Shown here: piece by piece, positions 30,037-38,054 of the stretch
How positions within the stretch are numbered: the first letter of the stretch is position 1
How the letters are laid out: every line of letters starts with the position of its first letter
NCBI GenBank assembly: GCA_000438415.1
Contig: FR902240.1
Location: 1-50,306 of the forward strand
Source of the DNA: Clostridium sp. CAG:628
GTDB lineage: Bacteria; Bacillota_I; Bacilli_A; RF39; UBA660
Reading direction: 5' to 3'
DNA: 50,306 nt
Position numbers and translations under genes: made by a program
Notes under the pieces: model-generated
Seen by the model: the letters and a program-made list of their open reading frames with translations, nothing else
Database searches by the model: none
Told to the model about the DNA's origin: nothing

Positions 30037-30684
30037 ATGAAAAAGAAAATTTTAATTTTAGGAATAATTATTATTCTAATAACAACCATTTATATCTATA
30101 TATCTACTTCTTCAAGTAATAATTTTAATATAAGAACAATTGAAAGTATAAACTGTTCTTATAAACCAGAATTATATTTTGAAACTAAAAGTTTTAATAT
30201 CTATACATATTGTATAGATGATATAAGTGTTATAGATAGCAGAATTACTTCTTTAAAAGATAAGTTAGATAATAATCAAAACTTTATAAATAAGATATTA
30301 AATAAATTATCTTATGAAATAGTATTTGATACTGCATCATCAAAAATATATAAAGACTATAAAACAGAGAAATTAACTAATAATGGTATTACAATAATAA
30401 AATGTGGTGGTAAAAATAATATTACAAATGATATTTATATTGGTCCAGACTCAATGGAATATAAAAGTAATTTTTGTTTAAAAGATAATTCTACATTTGT
30501 AAAAACATATAAAGTTACAGATGTTACTGAGTACTTTAGTTATGTAGAACTCACGCTAAGTGATGACATTTCTACATACAGAACTACATTAAATACTAAT
30601 TACAAGTTTGAAGAAGGCAATATATATATGATTTTGAATTTAAGAAAGAAAAGGAAAATAACAATACAATTAAATCGATTATAG
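30037..30684 (+). CDS. Hypothetical membrane-anchored/secreted protein
   Basis: 215 aa with one N-terminal hydrophobic helix. The 3' end crosses an (AT)5 repeat at 30620-30629, and an alternative more protein-like reading frame continues beyond it. Confidence 0.55.
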   Translation: MKKKILILGIIIILITTIYIYISTSSSNNFNIRTIESINCSYKPELYFETKSFNIYTYCIDDISVIDSRITSLKDKLDNNQNFINKILNKLSYEIVFDTASSKIYKDYKTEKLTNNGITIIKCGGKNNITNDIYIGPDSMEYKSNFCLKDNSTFVKTYKVTDVTEYFSYVELTLSDDISTYRTTLNTNYKFEEGNIYMILNLRKKRKITIQLNRL

Positions 30685-30765
30685 AAAATTCTACTTTAGT
30701 CGAAATTAGAAAAAAATAACTAATAATTAAAACTCTATAACTCTTAAAATATTTTTATAAAATTC

Positions 30766-30794
30766 TTGCATAAATTATAAAAATATTATATACT
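30766..30794 (+). promoter_or_regulatory. Sigma-A-type promoter with no downstream CDS
   Basis: TTGCAT (30766-71), a 17-nt spacer, then TATACT (30789-94). Confidence 0.5.
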
Positions 30795-30800
30795 ATTAAT

Positions 30801-30881
30801 GAAAGGAACGTTCATTGATTGAATGTAAGCCTTTTAGTGCTTAACACTTATCTTTATTACTAAAGATAGGTGTCTTTTTTT
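30801..30881 (+). ncRNA. Candidate ~80-nt small RNA (promoter-to-terminator unit)
   Basis: The unit starts about 7 nt after the -10. It has a 5' hairpin AATGAA/TTCATT. It ends in a 12-bp terminator stem CACTTATCTTTA (30845-56) / TAAAGATAGGTG (30861-72) plus a T-run. No SD-led ORF lies inside. Confidence 0.35.
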
Positions 30882-30987
30882 CTTACGATTTTGTAAGAAA
30901 AAGATAACCCCTTTGATAAGGGACTCCAAGAGAGCTCTTACCACGTCATCACCTCCCCAACCTTAGCTTCCCCTGAAAGGAGCCAAG

Positions 30988-31104
30988 GTGAAAAGACAGT
31001 CACCCAATATAAGAGTTCCTAAGAAGCATTCTAACATGTACATACATGTATGTCAAATAGGACCAATTTTCAAAATTGAAGCCATTTTTTATCACAAAAT
31101 ATGA
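30988..31104 (+). CDS. Possible 38-codon small ORF
   Basis: A GTG lies 5 nt after AAAGGAG (30976-82). The product would be MKRQSPNIRVPKKHSNMYIHVCQIGPIFKIEAIFYHKI*. There is no family resemblance, so this is speculative. Confidence 0.15.
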   Translation: MKRQSPNIRVPKKHSNMYIHVCQIGPIFKIEAIFYHKI

Positions 31105-31237
31105 GAGTTTTAGAAAAAAACATCTTCAATTTTTAAAATCGATAAGAAAAATTTTTTTGAAAAAAATGCATCTTTTATATATTTGTGTATATATTTTAAT
31201 ATTTACCAATGTAATTACTATACAATAAAGTGAAGGA

Positions 31238-31387
31238 ATGGGTAATTCTACAGTAAATAGTTTTTTTAGTTCGATTTCTGTTAATAGTTATGCATTGATA
31301 AGACCAGTATTATCAGTAAAAGGTAATACTAAATGGCTTAGTAAAGACGGAAGTGTTGAAAACCCATACGAAATAGAAACAAAGTAA
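31238..31387 (+). pseudogene. Probable C-terminal remnant of a larger secreted/pilin-like protein
   Basis: 49 codons with no properly spaced SD: ...NSYALIRPVLSVKGNTKWLSKDGSVENPYEIETK*. The tail G-S-x-x-N-P-Y-x-I matches the ORF ending at 79. Confidence 0.3.
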
Positions 31388-31426
31388 ACTTTAATGACAA
31401 CAAATGTAATTAAAGTTTTTTTATGC

Positions 31427-31456
31427 TTGAATTTTCTTTCGTTACTAGGGTATAAT
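31427..31456 (+). promoter_or_regulatory. Sigma-A-type promoter for the M16 peptidase pair
   Basis: TTGAAT (31427-32), an 18-nt spacer, then TATAAT (31451-56). Confidence 0.55.
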
Positions 31457-31477
31457 AATACAGAAAGGAAGAGTTTT

Positions 31478-32740
31478 ATGGATTACAAAAAAATAATAAA
31501 AGATAACTACACATTACACTTAATAAAAACAGATAGATTTAAAACTATTAATATTGGTCTTAAACTTACTAAAGAATATAATAAAGAAGAATTTGCATAT
31601 CTAAATTTACTTGCAAGAGTATTACCTATTAACGGAACACAAAACTATAAAACAGTAAATGACATAACAAAAAAACTGGAGAGTCTTTATAACACAGGAA
31701 TATACTTTAAAAGTTTGCAAACAAGTAAAAACATGAGTTTTGAAGCAAGTCTTAGAATAGTTAACCCAAAATACACAGAAATATCTATGTATAAAGAATC
31801 TATTTTAATGTTAAAAGAAATAATAACAAACCCATTAATAAAAAATAATGAGTTTAATTATTTTGATGTAACTAAAAATAACTTAATAAATAACATAAAA
31901 AATATAAAAGATAACTTACCAATTTATAGTTCTTTAAAATTTAATGAAATATTTTATAAAGGAACTATATATGAAGAAAACTCTTTAAAAAATTTACCAC
32001 TTTATGAAAAGTTAACTAATAAGAATATGTATAAATACTATCTTAAACTATTTAATAGTTTCAAAATAGATGTATTTGTAATAGGTGACTACTTAGAAGA
32101 TGAAATACTATCTAATGTTGACGACTTATTAAAAGATTTCAGACAAAAAGACACATCTAGTAAAGAATTATATATATCATTTAACCCTAAAAAAAGTAAA
32201 GATAAAGATAAATTTACAAGTACTCAGTCATCTCTATTAGTAGGACTTACTATAAATAATTTAACTGAGGAAGAAAAATTTTACACATTACTTTTATATA
32301 ACACAATTTTAGGAAGTATGAATAACTCAGTATTATTTGTAAACGTAAGAGAAAAGAATAGTTTATGTTACCACATAAGTAGTACAATAAGTAAATATAC
32401 TTCTTCAATAATAATTAATTCTGGAATAAATAAAACTAACTATGAAAAAGCAGTATCATTAATTGAAGAAAGCTTAAAAAGTATGACAGATGAAAAAATG
32501 GTTAATGGATTAATAACTAACGCTAAAAAAACACTTAATCTGGCATTTAATGATTTTTATGAAAATCCAGCAAAGATAGTAGGCTATTATTACTTAAAAG
32601 AATTTGATGAAGTTAAAAGTATTGAAGAAAGAAGAGAAAAAATTAATAATTTAACAAGCAAAGAAATATCTTCTCTTGCTAAAAAAGTACAAATTAAAGA
32701 AATATTTTTAATGGAAGGAGTAAATAGTGAAGAAAATTGA
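31478..32740 (+). CDS. M16-family (insulinase-like) protein, non-catalytic subunit (YmfF-like)
   Basis: The start MDYKKIIKDNYTLHL follows AAAGGAAGAG. The fold is M16-like, but the HxxEH position reads FAYLNLLARVL. The track start at 31394 overlaps the promoter. Confidence 0.75.
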   Translation: MDYKKIIKDNYTLHLIKTDRFKTINIGLKLTKEYNKEEFAYLNLLARVLPINGTQNYKTVNDITKKLESLYNTGIYFKSLQTSKNMSFEASLRIVNPKYTEISMYKESILMLKEIITNPLIKNNEFNYFDVTKNNLINNIKNIKDNLPIYSSLKFNEIFYKGTIYEENSLKNLPLYEKLTNKNMYKYYLKLFNSFKIDVFVIGDYLEDEILSNVDDLLKDFRQKDTSSKELYISFNPKKSKDKDKFTSTQSSLLVGLTINNLTEEEKFYTLLLYNTILGSMNNSVLFVNVREKNSLCYHISSTISKYTSSIIINSGINKTNYEKAVSLIEESLKSMTDEKMVNGLITNAKKTLNLAFNDFYENPAKIVGYYYLKEFDEVKSIEERREKINNLTSKEISSLAKKVQIKEIFLMEGVNSEEN

Positions 32741-33977
32741 TTTTAACTATGGAGAAATAGTATACAAAGAAGTATTAGATAATGGTTTAACAGTGTACTT
32801 ATATCCTACAAATAAAAGTAAAAATTTCTATATAACGGTAAGTACTCATTTTGGTGCTGAAGTAATGAGTTATAAAAAAAATAATAAAGTATATGATGTT
32901 ACTAAAGGAAGTGCACATTTTCTAGAACATCGTGTAATGGATTTTACTAAAAATGTTGATGCAATGAATAAAATAAATGAATTAGGTTCAATAGTAAATG
33001 CATACACTACATACAAAGGAACTAACTATAACTTATATGGAGTAGAAGATATTTACACTAATATGGGACTTCTATTTGACAGAGTTTTTAAAGCTAACAT
33101 AAAAAAAGAAGATGTAGAAATGGAAAGAGGTATTATATTAGAAGAGTACTATATGTATGATGCAGACCCATACTATAAAGCACAAACTACATTACTTAAA
33201 AATTGTTTTAATAGTTCATTTATAAAATACTTAGTAATTGGAACTGAAGATGGTATAAAAACAGTTTCATATAAAGAGTTAAATAGACTCTATAAAGACT
33301 TTTATACTTTAGATAATATGTTTATAGTAGTAACTGGTAATTTTATTCTAGAAGATGTTTTAAATTATATTAATAATTATATGAAAGATATAAAAACTAC
33401 TAAATGTAATTGTAAAGTAATAAAACCAGTTGAAAACTATAAAGTAAATGTAAGTTATGAAGAGTTAACTGGTAGTACTGACGAAGCAAAAATAGTAATA
33501 GGTTATAAAGTAAAAAATAGTAATCCAAAGAAAAAGATAGTTAATAGATTATTAATGGATATGATTTTAAGTGAAAACTTTGACAAAACTGGTTCTTCAT
33601 ATCTAAGACTTATGAATGAAGGTTTAAATAGATTTAGTTATTTTGTAGAAGAAGTAGATGATTATTTTTTAATTGCATTTACAGGAAGTACTAATGAATA
33701 TGAAAAGTTTACTAATATAATAGATGAAGAAATAAAAAATCTTGATTTTACTAAAGAAGCATTAGAAAGAAAAACTAAAGGTTATATTAGTAACTTAATA
33801 TTAAGTTTTGAATACATTGAAAATGTTGAAGATAATATAACATCTGGTTTATTTGATTACAACAAAGTATTAAATGATATGGAAAGTATTATTAAAAAAG
33901 TAACACTTAATGATGTAAAAGAAGTTATTAAATGTATTGATACCACTAACAAAAGTGTTTTAATCATGAAAAAATAA
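32727..33977 (+). CDS. M16-family zinc peptidase, catalytic subunit (YmfH-like)
   Basis: GSAHFLEHRVMD carries HxxEH, and ERGIILEE supplies the downstream Glu. GTG start 6 nt after AGGAG. It overlaps the partner gene. Confidence 0.8.
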   Translation: MKKIDFNYGEIVYKEVLDNGLTVYLYPTNKSKNFYITVSTHFGAEVMSYKKNNKVYDVTKGSAHFLEHRVMDFTKNVDAMNKINELGSIVNAYTTYKGTNYNLYGVEDIYTNMGLLFDRVFKANIKKEDVEMERGIILEEYYMYDADPYYKAQTTLLKNCFNSSFIKYLVIGTEDGIKTVSYKELNRLYKDFYTLDNMFIVVTGNFILEDVLNYINNYMKDIKTTKCNCKVIKPVENYKVNVSYEELTGSTDEAKIVIGYKVKNSNPKKKIVNRLLMDMILSENFDKTGSSYLRLMNEGLNRFSYFVEEVDDYFLIAFTGSTNEYEKFTNIIDEEIKNLDFTKEALERKTKGYISNLILSFEYIENVEDNITSGLFDYNKVLNDMESIIKKVTLNDVKEVIKCIDTTNKSVLIMKK

Positions 33978-34059
33978 CTTTTTTTCATTTTTATGTAGCA
34001 TTTTTGGTACTAATGTGTTATAATATAAACCATTCATAAAAAAGAAAGGGGAGTTTTGT

Positions 34060-34479
34060 ATGTATTTAATAGATTATTATTTAGCAAGCAAAAAGTTTTA
34101 TGAATTAGATGTTAATGATCAAAAAACAATTATTATGGGAGAATTAAATAATTTACTTAAAAGTAAATTAGGTGGTAAATGTCCTAAAAATGCATCTATT
34201 AGAACCATGTTAATGTTAATAGATGATGAAACCTTTAATAGAGAACTATTTAAAAGAATGGTTACACTTATGGAAAATATTCAAGGTTTAGTAGTAGAAG
34301 TAGATGTTATAAGAAATAAAAGTGTTAGAAAAACTCCAGAATTTACTTATAACGTTAACGGAGAACTTTTAAATATTAAATTGGATAATAATTATGAAAG
34401 CATAAATTTAGTATCAAATACCATAGATTCTTTTAATAATCGTTTTAAAGTTAGTATGAATAAAAAAGTACTAAGATAA
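34060..34479 (+). CDS. Hypothetical protein, member 1 of a local paralogue family
   Basis: 139 aa with a GGGGAG SD and TGtTATAAT upstream. It shares TPEFTYNVNGELLNIKL...INLVSNTI...NKKVLR with the ORFs at 44290 and 44739. Confidence 0.6.
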   Translation: MYLIDYYLASKKFYELDVNDQKTIIMGELNNLLKSKLGGKCPKNASIRTMLMLIDDETFNRELFKRMVTLMENIQGLVVEVDVIRNKSVRKTPEFTYNVNGELLNIKLDNNYESINLVSNTIDSFNNRFKVSMNKKVLR

Positions 34480-34553
34480 CTCATTTTGTGTTCTTTGTTT
34501 TCTATAGTTATCTATAACTTTTTAAAAAATATTAAAAAAATGAAAATTTATAC

Positions 34554-34582
34554 TTGATTTATTTACAAAAATAGTATACAAT
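34554..34582 (+). promoter_or_regulatory. Sigma-A-type promoter for the tRNA pair
   Basis: TTGATT (34554-59), a 17-nt spacer, then TACAAT (34577-82). Confidence 0.6.
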
Positions 34583-34604
34583 GGAATAGGTTCTTTAAGA
34601 GAAC

Positions 34605-34681
34605 GGGCTTGTAGCTCAGTTGGTTAGAGCGTGCGTCTGATAAGCGCAAGGTCGATGGTTCAAGTCCATTCAGGCCCACCA
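34605..34681 (+). tRNA. tRNA-Ile (anticodon GAU), CCA encoded
   Basis: Cloverleaf by hand: acceptor GGGCTTG/CAGGCCC, anticodon loop CTGATAA, T-loop GGTTCAAGTCC. Confidence 0.93.
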
Positions 34682-34688
34682 TTGTAAT

Positions 34689-34764
34689 GGCCAGTTGGTG
34701 AAATGGTTAACACACACGCCTTTCACGCGTGCATTCACGGGTTCAAATCCCGTACTGGTCACCA
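34689..34764 (+). tRNA. tRNA-Glu (anticodon UUC), CCA encoded
   Basis: Acceptor GGCCAGT/ACTGGTC, anticodon stem CACGC/GCGTG with loop CTTTCAC, T-loop GGTTCAAATCC. Confidence 0.9.
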
Positions 34765-34778
34765 ATTAAAAATGTTAA

Positions 34779-34801
34779 CTCCATTTATTGGAGCTTTTTT
34801 A
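34779..34801 (+). terminator. Short terminator after the tRNAs
   Basis: CTCCA / TGGAG stem (5 bp), followed by C and a T-run. Confidence 0.5.
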
Positions 34802-34941
34802 TTGACAACATAATTAATAAAACTAAATAAAAACAAAAAACTATTTTAACCTAGGGTGTGATAAACATCCTTTTTAATTTTTATGCCATAATTTGTAGAC
34901 TTTGCCAAAGATTTTTGATAAAATTATACTAGTGATGAGTT

Positions 34942-36024
34942 ATGAGAAGTGTTTATATACATATACCTTTTTGTTCAAGCATATGTAGTTATTGTGATTT
35001 TTGTAAATTTATACATGATGAAATATGGGCTAGTGAATACTTAGTTCACTTAGAAAAAGAAATAAAAAAGTATTATGACAATGATGAAATTAAAACAATT
35101 TATATAGGTGGAGGAACTCCTAGTACTCTTAGTATTGAAAACTTAAATAAGTTATTTGAAATAATTAAAATATTTAAAAAAGATAACTTAAAAGAGTTCA
35201 CATTTGAAATGAATGTCGATGATATAACAGAAGAAAAATTATCATTATTAAAAAGAAATGGAGTAAATAGAATAAGTATTGGAGTACAAAGTTTTAACAA
35301 GTACAACTTAAAATATTTAAATAGAAAGCATACAAAACGAGAAATAATAAACAATGTAAATCTTGTGAAAAAATATTTTACCAATATAAATGTTGACTTA
35401 ATGTATGCACTTCCCATCGAAAACTTTAGCATACTAAAAAGTGACGTAAAAGAGTATTTAAAACTAAACATACCTCATATCTCAGCATATAGCCTAATTA
35501 TAGAAAATAATACAGTACTAGGTATAAATAAAGTAAAACCTTTAGATGAAGACTTAGATTATAAAATGTATAAATATATAGAAAAGAAATTAAAATCAAA
35601 AGGTTACCATCACTATGAAGTAAGTAATTATAGTTTACCAGGTTATGAAAGCATACACAACTTAAATTACTGGTATAATAATGAATACTATGGTTTTGGA
35701 CTAGGTGCCCATGGTTTTATCAGTGAATTAAGATATGAAAACACGAAAAGTTTTAATACATACTTAAAAGATGAGTATCGTTTTAATGAACTAGTTATGT
35801 CTAAAAGAGAAGACATGGAAAATGAAGTAATACTAGGTTTAAGAAAACTTGATGGAATAAACGTAATAGATTTTTATAACAAATATAACACTAATATACA
35901 AGATGAGTTTAATATAACGCCATTACTAAAAAAAGGTATACTAGAAATGAAAAATAATAACATACTAATAAAAGAATCACAAATATATGTGATGAATAGC
36001 ATACTAACTGAAATATTAAAATGA
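34942..36024 (+). CDS. hemW: Radical SAM heme chaperone HemW / HemN-like
   Basis: IHIPFCSSICSYCDF carries CxxxCxxC, followed by GGGTPS. 360 aa. Confidence 0.88.
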   Translation: MRSVYIHIPFCSSICSYCDFCKFIHDEIWASEYLVHLEKEIKKYYDNDEIKTIYIGGGTPSTLSIENLNKLFEIIKIFKKDNLKEFTFEMNVDDITEEKLSLLKRNGVNRISIGVQSFNKYNLKYLNRKHTKREIINNVNLVKKYFTNINVDLMYALPIENFSILKSDVKEYLKLNIPHISAYSLIIENNTVLGINKVKPLDEDLDYKMYKYIEKKLKSKGYHHYEVSNYSLPGYESIHNLNYWYNNEYYGFGLGAHGFISELRYENTKSFNTYLKDEYRFNELVMSKREDMENEVILGLRKLDGINVIDFYNKYNTNIQDEFNITPLLKKGILEMKNNNILIKESQIYVMNSILTEILK

Positions 36025-36026
36025 AA

Positions 36027-36053
36027 GTTAAGAAGTAAATCTTGACTTTTTTT
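36027..36053 (+). terminator. Rho-independent terminator
   Basis: GTTAAG / CTTGAC stem (one G:U pair), then T7. Confidence 0.55.
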
Positions 36054-36086
36054 ATTTAAGTTTGTAAACTTATTATGGTGATGAAA

Positions 36087-38054
36087 ATGAAAGAAATAAG
36101 TAGGTGTTTACTAAAGTATAAATGTCATATATTAGCAGTAATAGCCCTTCTAATTGTACAAGCATACTGCAATTTAGCACTCCCTACATTTACTAGTAAC
36201 ATAGTTAATGTAGGAATAGAAAGTAGCGGAATAACTAGTGTAGTACCCATTAAATTAACAAGTTCTACTTTTAATAGCTTGCTACTTAATGCGAATGATG
36301 AAAGTTTAATAAGAAGAAGTTATGAATGTAATAACTTTGTATGTACTAAAATCAACGATAACTTAACTGAAAAAGAAGTGTTGCCATCATTAGAAAAAAT
36401 CTATAATACTACTAATAGAAGTGAAATAATTAATAACTTAAAAAAAGAATATAAAATAGTAGGAATAGATGTTGACGATATGTCTATGTCTTATATTAAA
36501 ACTACTGGTATAAAAATGATTTTAGTTGCAATACTTGCAATGGGAATAACTATACTAAGTGTATTTATTTCTAGCAAAGTAAGTACTATGTTTAGTAGAG
36601 ATTTAAGAAAAAAACTAGTAGAAAAAATAGTTTCTCTAGAAACCTCAGACTTAAATAACTTTAGCAGTGCATCTTTAATTACTAGATGTACAAACGACAT
36701 AACTCAAGTTAGTAGTGTAGTAACTATGATACTTAGTGTTGTATTATTTGCTCCAATTATAGGAATTGGAGCGATTACTAAAGTAGTAGGTAGCCCTATA
36801 TCTTGGATAATTGTTCTTGCCGTAATTTTAGTACTTATCTTAATTCTTACATCTTTTATGTTACTATCTCCAAAGTTTAAAAAATATCAAGATTTACTTG
36901 ACCGTGTTAACTTAGTAAGTAGAGAATCCTTAACAGGACTTCAAGTAATAAGAGCATTTGCAAATAAAAAGTTTGAAGAAAATAAGTTTGATAAAGCCAA
37001 CAACGATTTAACTAGTAATGCATTATTTATAGATATTGTATGGAGTTTATCAATGCCAACTTTAACATTCATAATGAATGGAGTTGCTATACTTATTATT
37101 TGGGTAGGAGCATATAAAGTATCATCTTTCACTATGCAAGTAGGTGATTTAATAGCATTTATTACATATACAATGCAAATAATAAGTTCATTCTTAATGA
37201 TGTCTATGTCTGCAATTATGATACCTAGAAGCTTTGTAAGCATTAAAAGAATAAGTGAAATATTTAATACTAAGAGTACAATAACTAATAAAGAAAAAAC
37301 TAAAAAAATTGTTAATATCGATTCTTTAGAATTTAAAGATGTATATTTTAGATACAATAATGCAACAGAAGATGTATTAAGAAATATAAGTTTTATAGCA
37401 AAAAAAGGAACAACGACTGCTTTTATTGGTAGTACAGGAAGTGGTAAATCAACCCTTATTAATTTAATACCTAGACTATATGAAGTAACAAGTGGAAGTA
37501 TATTAATTAATAATGTTGATATAAGAGACATTAGTATTTCAGACTTAAGAAGTAACATCGGTTATGTTCCACAAAAAGGTAAACTATTTAAAGGTACTAT
37601 TATGAGTAACTTAGCATTTGGACAAAAGAAAAAGAATATTGGATTAATAGAAGAATCTTGCAAGTTAAGTGAATCTATGGAATTTATTAATGAAACAGAA
37701 GAAAAATTTAATAGAGAAATAAGTGAAGGCGGGTCAAACGTAAGTGGTGGACAAAAACAAAGATTATCTATCGCTAGGGCTTTAGCAAAAGACCCAAGTA
37801 TTCTTATATTTGATGACTCATTTAGTGCTCTTGACTTTAAAACTGATGCTAAAGTTAGAAAAAATTTAAAAACTATTTCTAAAGATAAAATGATATTTAT
37901 AGTAGCGCAAAGAATTAGTAGTGTTATTAATGCTGACAATATAATAGTTTTAAATGATGGAGAAATAGTTGGATGTGGTACTCACGAAGAATTACTTAAA
38001 ACATGTCCAATATATAAAGAAATAAAAGTTAGCCAATTAGGAGGTGAAGAATAA
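36087..38054 (+). CDS. ABC exporter permease/ATPase, subunit carrying the degenerate ATP site
   Basis: Walker A GSTGSGKST, signature VSGGQKQR, and Walker B ILIFDDS (Asp replaces the catalytic Glu). About 100 aa are inserted between TM1 and TM2. The start could be 36075, 36081 or 36087; GGTGA lies 5 nt before 36087. Confidence 0.88.
   Translation: MKEISRCLLKYKCHILAVIALLIVQAYCNLALPTFTSNIVNVGIESSGITSVVPIKLTSSTFNSLLLNANDESLIRRSYECNNFVCTKINDNLTEKEVLPSLEKIYNTTNRSEIINNLKKEYKIVGIDVDDMSMSYIKTTGIKMILVAILAMGITILSVFISSKVSTMFSRDLRKKLVEKIVSLETSDLNNFSSASLITRCTNDITQVSSVVTMILSVVLFAPIIGIGAITKVVGSPISWIIVLAVILVLILILTSFMLLSPKFKKYQDLLDRVNLVSRESLTGLQVIRAFANKKFEENKFDKANNDLTSNALFIDIVWSLSMPTLTFIMNGVAILIIWVGAYKVSSFTMQVGDLIAFITYTMQIISSFLMMSMSAIMIPRSFVSIKRISEIFNTKSTITNKEKTKKIVNIDSLEFKDVYFRYNNATEDVLRNISFIAKKGTTTAFIGSTGSGKSTLINLIPRLYEVTSGSILINNVDIRDISISDLRSNIGYVPQKGKLFKGTIMSNLAFGQKKKNIGLIEESCKLSESMEFINETEEKFNREISEGGSNVSGGQKQRLSIARALAKDPSILIFDDSFSALDFKTDAKVRKNLKTISKDKMIFIVAQRISSVINADNIIVLNDGEIVGCGTHEELLKTCPIYKEIKVSQLGGEE

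Noticed and set aside
30905-31010. Small (4.5S-type) SRP RNA in the G+C-rich island
   Set aside because: GGAGCCAAGG superficially resembles GCAGCCAAGG of SRP domain IV. However, there is no GNRA tetraloop, no GGAAGCA asymmetric-loop motif and no closing 5'/3' helix.
35100-37939. Antisense ORFs of 69-205 aa inside hemW and the first ABC gene
   Set aside because: These frames are long only because AT-rich sense codons rarely give antisense stops. They are hydrophobic low-complexity translations, have no SD, and lie fully inside genes with clear motifs.
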